This document shows positions 35,742-46,140 of a DNA stretch of 47,946 nucleotides, one piece after another; position 1 is the first letter of the stretch; each line of letters starts with the position of its first letter. Made by a program: the position numbers and the translations under genes. The stretch comes from a virus. Taxonomy: Duplodnaviria > Heunggongvirae > Uroviricota > Caudoviricetes. The notes beneath the pieces were generated by a model. The model made no database searches. It had not been told where the DNA came from and saw nothing but the letters and a program-made list of their open reading frames with translations. The stretch lies in the IMG/VR virus record IMGVR_UViG_2681813146_000002. One strand, 5' to 3'.

Positions 35742-37114
35742 TGCTTCATCTCAATTACGACATAACGCACCTACGCGGCGCGGAATATAACCCGCGTTTT
35801 ATTGGTGAGGATGATCTTGCGAGGCTGGCGGAAAGCGTCAGGGAGCTGGGGCTTGTGAAGCCATTGATAGTGCGCGGCGATTTGCTGGTGGCGGGACACC
35901 AAAGGACGAAGGCGCTACGTAAGTTGGGAATAACGCGTGCTGCGGTGTATGTGTTGCCCTGTGAAACGACGGTATACGACGAAGTACGGTTTAACCAACT
36001 GCATAACGGAACGGATTTTGATAGCGGAGATGAGCGTTGCAGGGTGTCCGGTCTGGAAGATAAGCATGGTTTTGTTCAGGTATCGGCAAGCCAGATCTCA
36101 GGCAATATGCGCGCGAAAATGGCATATGTTCGAAAGAACATAGCGGAACTGGTTATCAAGTATGGTCCGTGGGGTGGTTGTGTTGCTACTCAGTCTGGTG
36201 AGGTTATTCACTGTGCTCAGTATGCATTAGCAGCGAAGATGACGCGCACACCGCTAACGGTGTTTGTGATCCCTGATGTTGAGAAGGAAAAATACCAAAG
36301 TTATCTGAATAAAACTTATGGTGTATTTGAGTATTCTCATCTGGAGAAAACAACATACATCCAGACGTATGCGCAGCTTATGCGGTTGCGTAATGGTGGC
36401 AGCCTGAAATCAAACCTGTATGAGTCGTTGATCCTCCCGATCATTGCCAAGACGCCAAGAGGAATTGATTTTGGTTCGGGTCAGGGAGACTACGCGCGAA
36501 TGCTCAGGGCAAAGGGATATAACCTGCATGATCTCGAGCTTTTCCGCCGTAAGGGCGCTGGAAACACTCTGGATAGGACCGCAACAAACCGGATGATTGA
36601 TACGCTGGTGGACGACTTAAAAACGCGAGGGCGTTACGACTACGTGATTTGCGATAGCGTTTTGAACTCGGTCGATAGTGTCGAGGCTGAATGGTCCGTT
36701 CTGACGGTTCTGAAAGGCTTGTGTAAAGCTGGTGGGTCAATATTCTTTTCTGGCCGTAGCCGTGGAGAGCTGGAAACAGTCCTGAAGCAAACACAAGCTG
36801 CGAGTTCCAAAAGCCGGCTTTATTTTATCGATCATAACGGTTTTACCGCGTTGTACCGGAAGGGGCACTGGTTTTACCAGAAGTTTCACTCTGATGAGGA
36901 AGTGAAGCAGTTGTGTCGTGTACATGGTTTCAGGATTAAGCGGTCAATATTCAACTGTAAGAGCTGGTATTTGCACGTCATTAACGATGATTCCCTTAGT
37001 TGGGCGAGTCTGGAGAAAGCTGTTCGTTTTGAGTTTGAGTTGCCGTTGCCTGGTGGTTCAACAATCGGACGATCTGATGATGTGCTGGCGGCTTTCCGGC
37101 CGTTGATTAAGTAG
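35735..37114 (+). CDS. Fusion protein: ParB-N-like domain plus class I SAM-dependent methyltransferase domain
   Basis: N-terminal LLVAGHQRTKALRKLG. C-terminal glycine-rich motif I IDFGSGQGDYA. No DPPY-type motif seen, so the substrate is unknown. Confidence 0.5.
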   Translation: MLMLHLNYDITHLRGAEYNPRFIGEDDLARLAESVRELGLVKPLIVRGDLLVAGHQRTKALRKLGITRAAVYVLPCETTVYDEVRFNQLHNGTDFDSGDERCRVSGLEDKHGFVQVSASQISGNMRAKMAYVRKNIAELVIKYGPWGGCVATQSGEVIHCAQYALAAKMTRTPLTVFVIPDVEKEKYQSYLNKTYGVFEYSHLEKTTYIQTYAQLMRLRNGGSLKSNLYESLILPIIAKTPRGIDFGSGQGDYARMLRAKGYNLHDLELFRRKGAGNTLDRTATNRMIDTLVDDLKTRGRYDYVICDSVLNSVDSVEAEWSVLTVLKGLCKAGGSIFFSGRSRGELETVLKQTQAASSKSRLYFIDHNGFTALYRKGHWFYQKFHSDEEVKQLCRVHGFRIKRSIFNCKSWYLHVINDDSLSWASLEKAVRFEFELPLPGGSTIGRSDDVLAAFRPLIK

Positions 37115-37130
37115 TGTGTAGGAGGCGCTG

Positions 37131-37850
37131 GTGGCTGACAGAATTGAGATAAAGATGGATTTTTCTTCTCAGGATATTCAACGACAACTCCAGCGCCTTG
37201 AAGAGCGCGAATTGCCGTTCGCAATGGCGCTTGCGGCAACCAGAACGGCAAAGGCTTCTCAGGCTGCGATTAAGAATGAAATTAATCGAGTATTTGACAG
37301 GCCCACGCCGTGGATTCAGAACTCTACTTACGTTTTGGCCGCAAAGAAGAGTGATCCTACAGCCATTGTGTATGCTCGTGAATGGGGTGGAACGCCAGCC
37401 CCTGTAACGTTGACTCCGCAAATCGAAGGCGGTCAACGACAGTACAAGCGCTCAGAAGGGGCACTAAGGGCTGGTGGATATTTGCCTAACGGCTGGCAGC
37501 TTGCTCCTGGTCCCGGCGCAAAGCTGGACAAATACGGGAATATTTCGCGGGGGCAATTACAGCAGGTCTTATCTGGTCTAAGAGTTCAGCGAGATGCGCA
37601 TCAAAATCGCCGTCAGGGCAAGCCTACGGAGTTTTTTGTTGTTCGACCTGGTACAAGTAACCCGCTTCAACCAGGCGTCTGGCAGCGCGTTGGGCGGCGT
37701 CCTACGTTGATCCTTACGTTTATCCAGCAACCTAACTATTCGCAGCGTCTTGATTGGCATGGCGTGGCGCTGCGTGCTGGTGAGGATGCGTTTGCTGATG
37801 AAGTCACAAAGGCTATTGATGACATCCTTTCTAAGACGTTCTCTCGTTAA
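37131..37850 (+). CDS. Hypothetical protein
   Basis: 239-aa ORF. GTG start after GGAGG. Confidence 0.35.
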   Translation: MADRIEIKMDFSSQDIQRQLQRLEERELPFAMALAATRTAKASQAAIKNEINRVFDRPTPWIQNSTYVLAAKKSDPTAIVYAREWGGTPAPVTLTPQIEGGQRQYKRSEGALRAGGYLPNGWQLAPGPGAKLDKYGNISRGQLQQVLSGLRVQRDAHQNRRQGKPTEFFVVRPGTSNPLQPGVWQRVGRRPTLILTFIQQPNYSQRLDWHGVALRAGEDAFADEVTKAIDDILSKTFSR

Positions 37851-38151
37851 TCATCGTGTGGTTGATGGTGTTGTTATGCAGGGTGTATTCACTGTGTTCT
37901 GTAGCGTCGCTCGCAGGCTGTCTGTGGGTGGGCACGAGCATCGTTTCATCGTCCGGCAGAATTGGGTCCTTCTGGCCAAAAGCGTTGGATGCGGGTCATT
38001 CGAACCCCGATGTTCGGCTAGCTAAACGTGAAAAAAGTTAGGTTAAAAGTTGCGGTAAAAGAAATTTACTCATCTCATTGAAAAATATCGGGAAAACGTG
38101 ATTTTTTGCTGTATTTGTGCTGGTAAAAAGAAAGTAGAAAATTTTCTTTTA

Positions 38152-38336
38152 GATCATCAAGATACGCGCAGATCTTTAACCAATGTGATGTTGTTCTGAT
38201 AAAAATCGTTATAAATCATGCAAATACATCCAATCTTTTAACCAAAACACCATCTCAAGATCCTTTTTACTTATAAAAACTTAATAAAATCAGATGATTA
38301 TGCTGGTTTGTGTGATTTTTTATGAGTAAAAAGATC
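38152..38336. promoter_or_regulatory. AT-rich intergenic region with four AGATC (GATC) sites upstream of the packaging genes; candidate pac or regulatory region
   Basis: GATC at 38152, 38171, 38259 and 38333, each preceded by A, within a ~550-bp noncoding stretch (37851..38407). Confidence 0.3.
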
Positions 38337-38407
38337 GTCATTTTTCTCTTTTAGTATCAATAAGTTAAACAGTTTTCTTTAACCTGTTGTGTTATGGCGG
38401 TTAAAAA

Positions 38408-38998
38408 ATGGCTCTAAAAATCGAATATTTACCAGTCGGTAAGCTGCTCAGATACGCCAAAAATTCACGGACTCATTCAGATGAGCAAGTTGAACAGTTG
38501 GTGAACAGTATCCGTGAGTTCGGTTTCACTAATCCTGTGCTGATCGATGAAAAGAATGAACTGATTGCGGGGCATGGGCGGCTTGCAGCAGCCGAAATTC
38601 TGGAAATGGATAAAGTTCCAGCGATTCGGTTGAGTAACCTTTCTGAAAAACAGAAGAAGGCTTACAGGATTGCAGATAACAAGCTGGCCTTAAATGCTGG
38701 CTGGGATATGCAGCTTCTGGCCGAAGAAGTCAAAGCGTTAATGGATGATGATTTTGATATTGATCTGCTTGGGTTTAATGATGCAGAGCTTGACGAAATG
38801 TTAAGCGATGAACAGCCGCAGGAAGAAGACGATAATTCTTCCCCTGTTGTTCAAATTAAGTACCTGGCTATTGATAAAGAACGTATTCCCGCGACGGATA
38901 TGGAAATTGCATTGTTGCTGGATGTTTATCGTCAGTACCACGACGCGCATGAAACGCATGAGGGATTTGTTCAGTATCTTGCTAATGGTTGCAAGTAA
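38408..38998 (+). CDS. ParB-N-domain protein, copy 2
   Basis: Motif ELIAGHGRLAAAEILE. Roughly half identical to 35118..35741 by eye. Directly upstream of the terminase small subunit. Confidence 0.55.
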   Translation: MALKIEYLPVGKLLRYAKNSRTHSDEQVEQLVNSIREFGFTNPVLIDEKNELIAGHGRLAAAEILEMDKVPAIRLSNLSEKQKKAYRIADNKLALNAGWDMQLLAEEVKALMDDDFDIDLLGFNDAELDEMLSDEQPQEEDDNSSPVVQIKYLAIDKERIPATDMEIALLLDVYRQYHDAHETHEGFVQYLANGCK

Positions 38999-39549
38999 TG
39001 GCCATCGTCAGTAAGTCAGAGTTTGCCCGCCGAAAAGGTATTTCTCCGGCAATGGTTACGAAGCTCTGTCGTTCCGGTCGCATTCCAGTGCTGAAAAGCG
39101 GCAAGCTGGATTTTGATAAAGCCAGTGCGGCTTATGAAGCGAGCCGACAGGTTGGTCGTGAGGTATCTGCTGAAAATGGAAAAAGAGGGCATGGGATATC
39201 TTCGGAACAACCAGAGTTACCCGCTGATGATGCCGGATTAGCTGGTGGTACTTCCGGTGTTGCGGTGCAATTCAACAAGGCTAAGACCGCAGAAAAAATT
39301 TATCAGGCAAAGCTGAAACGCCTTGAATTTGAAGAAAAGGAAGGCTCTCTCATCGCTAAAGATGCGGTCAGGGATGATGCATTTCTGGCAGCTAATGAAT
39401 TGCGTAGCCGCTTATTTAGTATTGCTCCAAGAGCAGCTCCCCGTTGTGAAGGCAAAACAGCCAGGGAGATCGAACGCATTATTGAAGACGAGATTAATTT
39501 TGCGCTTCAGGCGCTCCAGGAATCCCGATTTATTAAGCAGGAAGAATAA
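38998..39549 (+). CDS. Terminase small subunit (Nu1-like)
   Basis: N-terminal HTH-like pattern resembling lambda Nu1. Position before the large subunit. Start is ATG 38998 or TTG 38989. Confidence 0.55.
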   Translation: MAIVSKSEFARRKGISPAMVTKLCRSGRIPVLKSGKLDFDKASAAYEASRQVGREVSAENGKRGHGISSEQPELPADDAGLAGGTSGVAVQFNKAKTAEKIYQAKLKRLEFEEKEGSLIAKDAVRDDAFLAANELRSRLFSIAPRAAPRCEGKTAREIERIIEDEINFALQALQESRFIKQEE

Positions 39550-39554
39550 ACCTC

Positions 39555-41411
39555 ATGGGCGAAACAGTATGGAGCACCGCTTTTTTCCGTGCGCTTCGCC
39601 CTAAATCACGGCTAACTGTTTCCGAATGGGCTGATAAGTATCGTCATGTAGCGCCGGGAACGTCTCCAGAGCCAGGGCCGTGGCGTACAAGCCGAGTGCC
39701 ATATTTGCGTGAACCAATGGATGTTATTGGTGACGCTGATACAGAAACAGTAGTGATGCAATGTAGCTCGCAAATTGGTAAATCCGAATTACAGCTAAAT
39801 GTTATGGGTTACTTTGCAGATCAGGAGCCATCTCCTCAGTTGATGATTTATCCAACGGTAGAGGCGGCTGAGGCTTTTTCAAAAGAGCGTATTGATCCGA
39901 CGTTCAAATATTCCCCTGGTTTGAAACACAAGCTGCATGAAGGGAAAGAGGGGCGCGGTGCAGCCAAAAAGTCCAGCACGACTATACGTATGAAGCATTA
40001 CGCTGGTGGATATATAGCACTTGTTGGTGCTAATTCCCCAGCAGGTCTTGCATCCAGGCCAATTCGAATACTGTTAGCTGATGAGATTGATCGTTACGGT
40101 GTGACGCAGGAGGGCGACCCACTAAAACTAGGTATTCAGCGTACTACCAACTTTCATAATCGTAAGAAAGTTTTTGTTTCTACTCCTGTTTTGGAGGAAA
40201 CGAGCAAAATCCACAAGTGGTTTAAGCTCTCCGATCAGCGTTACTACCATGTTCCTTGCCCATGTTGTGGCACCATGCAGGTGATGAAATGGTCGCAAGT
40301 CAGATGGGATAAGAGCGATTCAGGTGAGGCGTTACCGGAAACGGCCAGATATGAGTGCTGTGAGTGCGGCGGGATTATGCGCGGATCTGGTAAACCAGAC
40401 GTTGATTGGTTGGCGAAGGGGGTATGGATAGCTGAACATACTGGAGTTAAAGGTATTGTTGGTTTTCATATTAACAGTCTTTACTCCCCGTGGGTTGCAT
40501 TGTCAGAGCTGGTTGAAGAATTTACGGAAGCAACCAGAAACCGCGATAAAAATGGATTAATGGAGTTTATTAACCTTAAGCTGGGTGAGCCATGGAAAGA
40601 GGATGCTAAAGACGATATCGATCCTGAATACTTGTTGCAACGCAGAATAAGGTTTGAAGAGTTTTTACCAGATGATGTTTTATTGTTAAGTGCTGGTGTT
40701 GACGTACAGGACACGTATTTAGTTTGTGAATTGGTCGGTTGGGGAAAAGGTAAGGAGTCATGGGGGATAGAATATAAAATATTCCCAGGTGATCCCGCAC
40801 AAGATGTTGTCTGGAAACAACTTGATGAATACTTACTCCGTAGCTGGTCATTCCGTGACGGTCGAAAATTACAGATTTCTTCCGTTTGTATTGACTCTGG
40901 TGGGCATTTTACGACAGAGGTATATCGCTTTACTAAGCCGAGAGAATCAAGGCGAATATACTCTATCAGGGGGCGTGGTGGGGTAGGTTTACCATTTATA
41001 GGAAAGCCAAGTAATAATAACCGTGTGGGTGCTATGTTGTTTAATTTGGGGGTTGATGATGGTAAAGGGACCATCATGGCAAGAATTAAACTACATGATC
41101 CTGGTCCTGGTTATATGCATTTCCCATTAGATTCTGACAGAGGATATGATACCGAATACTTTAAAGGATTATTATCAGAGAAGAAAATATTTGAATATAA
41201 AAATGGGCAGACAAAAGAAAAGTGGGTGAAAGTCTACGAGCGTAACGAGCCTCTTGATTGCCGTAACTATGCAACTGCCGCGATGGAAATTCTGAACCCT
41301 AATTTTAACTGGCTTGCCGAACAGGAAATGCGAGGTAATGTGTATGTGCAGAACTCGTCAGGTATACGTAGAAGACGCCGTAGAGTTATAAGTAAAGGCG
41401 TAACCATATAG
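39555..41411 (+). CDS. Terminase large subunit (lambda gpA-like)
   Basis: 618 aa with a Walker A-like segment near QCSSQIGKSE. Sits between TerS and the portal. Confidence 0.75.
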   Translation: MGETVWSTAFFRALRPKSRLTVSEWADKYRHVAPGTSPEPGPWRTSRVPYLREPMDVIGDADTETVVMQCSSQIGKSELQLNVMGYFADQEPSPQLMIYPTVEAAEAFSKERIDPTFKYSPGLKHKLHEGKEGRGAAKKSSTTIRMKHYAGGYIALVGANSPAGLASRPIRILLADEIDRYGVTQEGDPLKLGIQRTTNFHNRKKVFVSTPVLEETSKIHKWFKLSDQRYYHVPCPCCGTMQVMKWSQVRWDKSDSGEALPETARYECCECGGIMRGSGKPDVDWLAKGVWIAEHTGVKGIVGFHINSLYSPWVALSELVEEFTEATRNRDKNGLMEFINLKLGEPWKEDAKDDIDPEYLLQRRIRFEEFLPDDVLLLSAGVDVQDTYLVCELVGWGKGKESWGIEYKIFPGDPAQDVVWKQLDEYLLRSWSFRDGRKLQISSVCIDSGGHFTTEVYRFTKPRESRRIYSIRGRGGVGLPFIGKPSNNNRVGAMLFNLGVDDGKGTIMARIKLHDPGPGYMHFPLDSDRGYDTEYFKGLLSEKKIFEYKNGQTKEKWVKVYERNEPLDCRNYATAAMEILNPNFNWLAEQEMRGNVYVQNSSGIRRRRRRVISKGVTI

Positions 41412-41422
41412 AGGAAATATAA

Positions 41423-41662
41423 ATGAACAATGAAGCATTTTCTCTGACTGAAGCCAGAGAGATGTTATCTGTCTGGCGGGAAGCATATCGCGCTATTGCT
41501 ATTGGCGGTCAGTCATATAAATTTGGTACGCGGCAGTTAACTCGTGCGGATTTATCAGAAGTCAGAAAAGAGATGGATTACTGGCGTAATGAAGTAGAAA
41601 GATTATCAGCAGGTATACGCCGAGGCCCACGAATTAAACGAGTGGTGATAAGAGATTTATGA
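41423..41662 (+). CDS. Head-tail joining protein (gpW-like)
   Basis: 79 aa between the terminase and portal, as in the lambda order. Confidence 0.45.
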   Translation: MNNEAFSLTEAREMLSVWREAYRAIAIGGQSYKFGTRQLTRADLSEVRKEMDYWRNEVERLSAGIRRGPRIKRVVIRDL

Positions 41663-43233
41663 ATATTCTTGATCGAGTTATTGCGCCGTTTTCACCTCAG
41701 AGGGCATTAAATCGAGCTTTGGCAAGAAAACGGTTAGAAGCACTTGAAGGTATTAATAACCTTGGATATTCACGTCATGGTGCAAGCACTCATAAAAAAT
41801 CATTAAGGGGTTGGTTTAGTAAAGCTGGTTCTCCTGATGATGATATTGTTAAAAATATAGATAAATTGCGTGAGCGTTCTCGTGATCTCTTCATGGGAAA
41901 CCCGCTATCGGTTGGCGCAATAAAAACTATCAGGACAAACGTTGTTGGTTCCGGTTTAAAACTAAATGCGAACATTGATGCCGATTTCTTGGGGATGACG
42001 CAGGAAGAAGCGCGAGCATGGGAAAAGCATGTTGAGCGTGAGTTTAGATTATGGGCTGATTCTCCAAATTGTGATGCATCAAGAATGTGTACTTTTGGAC
42101 AATTGCAATCATTGGTCCAAATATCTGCGTTAACATCTGGCGATATATTTGCTGCGCTACCAGTTATTAAGCGTAAGGGTGTTATATATGATTTGTGCGT
42201 CTATTTAATTGAAGGTGATCGTGTTTGCAATCCAGAGGATCGTTTTATACCAAATCTTTACGGTGGCGTAGAGGTTGGTGAATTTAGCGAGCCTGTGGCG
42301 TACTGGGTTGCAAAACATCACCCAGCCGGGACTTCTGGTTTTGTAACCCGCAAGTGGGAACGTATTCCCGCATATGGGAGTAAAACAGGAAGAAGAAATA
42401 TTCTGCATGTCATGCAGGATTTTGAAAGGCCTGGGCAACGCCGTGGCGTTCCTGTACTTGCTCCTGTTATTGAAGCATTGAAGCAGTTAGGACGATACAC
42501 CGATGCTGAATTGGTTGCTGCGGTTGTGTCAGGGATGTTTACTGTCTTTATTAAAACAGACGCTCCTGATGGACCAGTCGGTGAATCGGGTATCCCTCAG
42601 TACGAGCAGATCGATAACCATGATGATAACACCCAAGAAATGGGGAATGGCTCCATAGTAAGTTTGGGTGAAGGTGAGTCGATAGATACAGCAAATCCCG
42701 GGCGACCAAATACGGCATTTGATGGTTTTGTTGTCGCCATATGCCGTCAAATTGGGGCTGCTTTAGAACTCCCTTACGAACTCTTGGTAAAGCATTTTAC
42801 AGCAAGTTATAGCGCTAGCAGGGCCGCATTACTTGAAGCCTGGAAAATGTTCCGTATGCGACGTGACTGGATGGTTCAGTCATTTTGCCAACCGATCTAT
42901 GAGGAATGGTTGGCCGAAGCCGTTGCTAAAGGTCGTGTTATTGCCCCTGGTTTTTTTTATGGGCCTGAATATCGCGCTGCATGGAGTGGCGCTCAATGGT
43001 ATGGCCCATCACAAGGCCAATTAGATCCCCTTAAAGAAGTCAAAGCTGCAAAACTGCGTGTTGAGGAAACATTCTCTACCCGTGAAAAGGAAGCGGCTGA
43101 AATGTCAGGTCTTAACTGGGAAGAAACCGCACAAATTTGTGGCAGAGAAGAGAATGCTCGCCGTGAGTTGGGGCTGATTACGCCTCCTGTTTCTGAGGTA
43201 AATGAACAAAATATGGAGACAGATGATGCCTAA
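41659..43233 (+). CDS. Portal protein (lambda gpB-like)
   Basis: 524 aa, position after TerL and the W-like gene. Confidence 0.7.
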   Translation: MNILDRVIAPFSPQRALNRALARKRLEALEGINNLGYSRHGASTHKKSLRGWFSKAGSPDDDIVKNIDKLRERSRDLFMGNPLSVGAIKTIRTNVVGSGLKLNANIDADFLGMTQEEARAWEKHVEREFRLWADSPNCDASRMCTFGQLQSLVQISALTSGDIFAALPVIKRKGVIYDLCVYLIEGDRVCNPEDRFIPNLYGGVEVGEFSEPVAYWVAKHHPAGTSGFVTRKWERIPAYGSKTGRRNILHVMQDFERPGQRRGVPVLAPVIEALKQLGRYTDAELVAAVVSGMFTVFIKTDAPDGPVGESGIPQYEQIDNHDDNTQEMGNGSIVSLGEGESIDTANPGRPNTAFDGFVVAICRQIGAALELPYELLVKHFTASYSASRAALLEAWKMFRMRRDWMVQSFCQPIYEEWLAEAVAKGRVIAPGFFYGPEYRAAWSGAQWYGPSQGQLDPLKEVKAAKLRVEETFSTREKEAAEMSGLNWEETAQICGREENARRELGLITPPVSEVNEQNMETDDA

Positions 43234-44290
43234 TTGGTGGGAAATAAAAAATAGCACGGGTGAAGATGACTCTCCGGCTGAACTTTTAATCTACGGATAT
43301 ATTGGCGAATTTGATGAGGTTTCTTCTTCTGACATAGTTAATAAATTAAAGGATATATCATCAAATGCTATCAACGTAAAAATTAATAGTTATGGTGGTT
43401 CTGTTTTTACTGCTCAAGCTATTCTTTCTTCATTAAAACGTCATAAGGCTAATATTACTGTTTATATTGATGGTATTGCTGCATCGGCTGCAACCATTAT
43501 TGCAATGGCAGGTGATAAAGTTGTTATCCCATCTAATGCTATGATGATGATCCATAATCCGTGGACATTTGCTGCTGGTGATGCGGATGAACTACGTGAT
43601 ATTGCTGAGATGATGGATAAGATACGAGATAGTATTTTATCTGCATATAAGGAGAAAACAGGGCTTTCTGAGGATAAATTAATTGAACTAATGGATCAGG
43701 AAACATGGCTAAATGCAGAAGAGGCTGTAGAGCTTGGATTTGCTGACGAAGTTGAAAAACCAATGCGCTTATCCGCTTCTATAAAGGAAGGGATGCTTTC
43801 GCTCAATGGAATAACTTTTGAAGCATCAAGGTTTTCAAAATTACCTGATTCGCTCGCAAAGTTGCCACAAAATAAAAATGAATTATCTACTGAATTAAAT
43901 GAACAAAATGAGGACGATGTTGTGACTCTTGATGAATTAAAAAATAAACATCCAGAATTATACAATCAGGTTTTTAATGCTGGTAAAGACGAGGGCGTTA
44001 AATCAGAACGCGAGCGCATTGAAACAATCGAGAATAGCGTAATTCCAGGTCATGACGACCTGGTTAAGAATGCAAAATTCAAAACGGGAATTTCTGCGGC
44101 TGAACTTGCTTTGGAAATTATGAATGCAGAGCGAGCGCGTAACAAAAACTTTCTTAATCAACGGCAAGAAGACGCAAATGAGGTGAATGATTCAGTTGAT
44201 GTTAATCAACCAGAAAACAACGGCGATAAACAAGCTGAAGTAGTAAAAAATGTTATTGGGTCAGTATTCAAAAACCGCGATAAAAATTAA
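43226..44290 (+). CDS. Prohead protease (S49/ClpP-like, gpC-like) with C-terminal scaffold-like region
   Basis: S49-like core plus an acidic, coiled C-terminal region. Start taken at ATG 43226 after GGAGA; the track ORF starts 43202. Confidence 0.65.
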   Translation: MPNWWEIKNSTGEDDSPAELLIYGYIGEFDEVSSSDIVNKLKDISSNAINVKINSYGGSVFTAQAILSSLKRHKANITVYIDGIAASAATIIAMAGDKVVIPSNAMMMIHNPWTFAAGDADELRDIAEMMDKIRDSILSAYKEKTGLSEDKLIELMDQETWLNAEEAVELGFADEVEKPMRLSASIKEGMLSLNGITFEASRFSKLPDSLAKLPQNKNELSTELNEQNEDDVVTLDELKNKHPELYNQVFNAGKDEGVKSERERIETIENSVIPGHDDLVKNAKFKTGISAAELALEIMNAERARNKNFLNQRQEDANEVNDSVDVNQPENNGDKQAEVVKNVIGSVFKNRDKN

Positions 44291-44299
44291 GGTGAGTTT

Positions 44300-44683
44300 A
44301 TGCGAGAGTCTTTTTCATTTGAACCAGATAATCTGATTATTTCTGGTGGTATGCCAGCAATTACAACAAGTATTAAACTTGCCAGCGGTAAAGTAAATCG
44401 AGGTGAGTTGCTTGCTTTTGTCAGTATTGATCAGACAACAAATGTTGTCACTGTGGCACCAATAAATCTCTCTGGTGAGGGGGTGGCAAAAGAACCGTAT
44501 TGTATCGCTCAACATAGTATTGATGCGACTGATTCAGCGCAAGTTGGAACAGCATGGCTGACCGGAATGTTCAATGCACATGCGGTTATCCTTCCTGAAT
44601 CAGCAAAGATTGCCGATGTATATCTGGCTTGCCGGAAGGTTGGGATATTCCTTAATACCGCACAACAAAATCCATCTGCATAA
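44300..44683 (+). CDS. Head decoration protein (gpD-like)
   Basis: 127 aa immediately before the major capsid gene. Confidence 0.45.
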   Translation: MRESFSFEPDNLIISGGMPAITTSIKLASGKVNRGELLAFVSIDQTTNVVTVAPINLSGEGVAKEPYCIAQHSIDATDSAQVGTAWLTGMFNAHAVILPESAKIADVYLACRKVGIFLNTAQQNPSA

Positions 44684-44703
44684 TATAAAGAGGTCGTATT
44701 TTT

Positions 44704-45747
44704 ATGCCGAATATTGATATTTTTGAACGACGTACAATGCTTGAGCCTGTTATTCAGAATTTCAAGGCTCGTCGTTTTCTTCTTCGTACCTTTTTTCCTG
44801 GTGTTCAGACCTTTAATACAAAGAAAGTTGATCTGGATTTTGTTCGCGGTGGCCGTACTATGGCTCCGTTTGTTGGTAAAGGTTTTGGCTCAAAAACCGT
44901 TGAGCGACGCGGCTTTGTAACGAGAACTCTGGAGCCACCACTTGTTGCACCTGATTTGGTAACAACAGCCGAGCTGCTTTTAAACAGGCTTCCGGGTGAG
45001 AATATTTACAACGCAAAATCGCCAGCAGAACGAGCCGCCGCGCAATTAGGTAAAGATTTGCTTGAGCTTGATGAAATGGTTAACCGCCGTGAAGAATGGA
45101 TGTGTGCACAAGTCTTGTTTACGGGGCAGGTTGATATTGTTGGTGAAGGAGTGGATGACACAGTTTATTTTTGGCCTGAAGAGGAAGGAGATAAACCATA
45201 TCTTGAACTGACAGGTGATGATTTATGGAGCGCAGCAAAATCAGATCCGTTGGTCAATGTTCGCAACTGGAAACGTCGGGTATCACTAACTTCAGGTTTT
45301 ACACCTCGTGTTGCCGTAATGGGCGCAAAAGTTGTTGATGCCTTCGTTAAAAATGAAGCAGTAACTAAATATCTTGATAATCGCCGAAAAGAGCTTGGGT
45401 ATATTGAGCCTAAGGAGTTAGAAGAAGGCGTAACTCATTATGGCAATCTTGAAGGTGTCGATTTTTATGGTTACGACGAACTTATTCGCAATGATAAAAC
45501 AGGAAAACCAGAACCATTAGTACCGGAAGATAAGATCCTCTTTGGCTCTCCTGGTCGAGGAACGATGCTGTATGGTGCTGTAGAGCTTGTAGATGACGCC
45601 GAAAAGACTCTGACGATTGTTGAGTCGCCACGAGTTCCAGACACCTGGGTAACTCGTAAGCCGGCTGGCCGTTATGTTGCCATGAAGTCATCTCCACTGC
45701 CTAATCCTGGTGTGGCTGATGCCTATCTGGTGGCTAAGGTGGTTTAA
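44704..45747 (+). CDS. Major capsid protein (lambda gpE-like)
   Basis: 347 aa. N-terminal pattern FLLRTFFPGVQTFNTKKVDLDF resembles lambda E. Confidence 0.7.
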   Translation: MPNIDIFERRTMLEPVIQNFKARRFLLRTFFPGVQTFNTKKVDLDFVRGGRTMAPFVGKGFGSKTVERRGFVTRTLEPPLVAPDLVTTAELLLNRLPGENIYNAKSPAERAAAQLGKDLLELDEMVNRREEWMCAQVLFTGQVDIVGEGVDDTVYFWPEEEGDKPYLELTGDDLWSAAKSDPLVNVRNWKRRVSLTSGFTPRVAVMGAKVVDAFVKNEAVTKYLDNRRKELGYIEPKELEEGVTHYGNLEGVDFYGYDELIRNDKTGKPEPLVPEDKILFGSPGRGTMLYGAVELVDDAEKTLTIVESPRVPDTWVTRKPAGRYVAMKSSPLPNPGVADAYLVAKVV

Positions 45748-46140
45748 ATGGCCAGACTGATTAAAAACATTGATACGATAAGCCACGGCTCGCTAAAAGC
45801 GGGCCGTTTGCTTAATGGGCTAATGGATAACTCCAGAATTGCCGAACTGATTGCGTCAGGACATGCTATTGCCACCGAAGAGGATGGTGATTTGGCATCG
45901 GCTGGGGGCTATGATGCTGCTAAGTTAGCTTTTGAGCATGGATACGCATCTGCTGTTAATGATGCTGTGGACGCGGGGTTGATTACGCGAACGGAGGCGG
46001 GTAGCTGTGTATTCGAGGTTGAGTTTGAGGATGATGACGGCAATGAGGAAATGGTTGCTGATGATTCATCTGAATCTGTAGCTACTTCTGATACCAGTAA
46101 TGCGAAAAAATCAACGCAAAAAAAAGGTAATAAGAAGTAA
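45748..46140 (+). CDS. Hypothetical head-associated protein with acidic C-terminus
   Basis: 130-aa ORF after the capsid gene. Confidence 0.35.
   Translation: MARLIKNIDTISHGSLKAGRLLNGLMDNSRIAELIASGHAIATEEDGDLASAGGYDAAKLAFEHGYASAVNDAVDAGLITRTEAGSCVFEVEFEDDDGNEEMVADDSSESVATSDTSNAKKSTQKKGNKK

Noticed and set aside
38152-38336. Confident call of a P1-type pac site
   Set aside because: There are only four GATC sites and they match AGATC rather than the P1 TGATCA/G hexamer. Kept as a low-confidence regulatory feature only.
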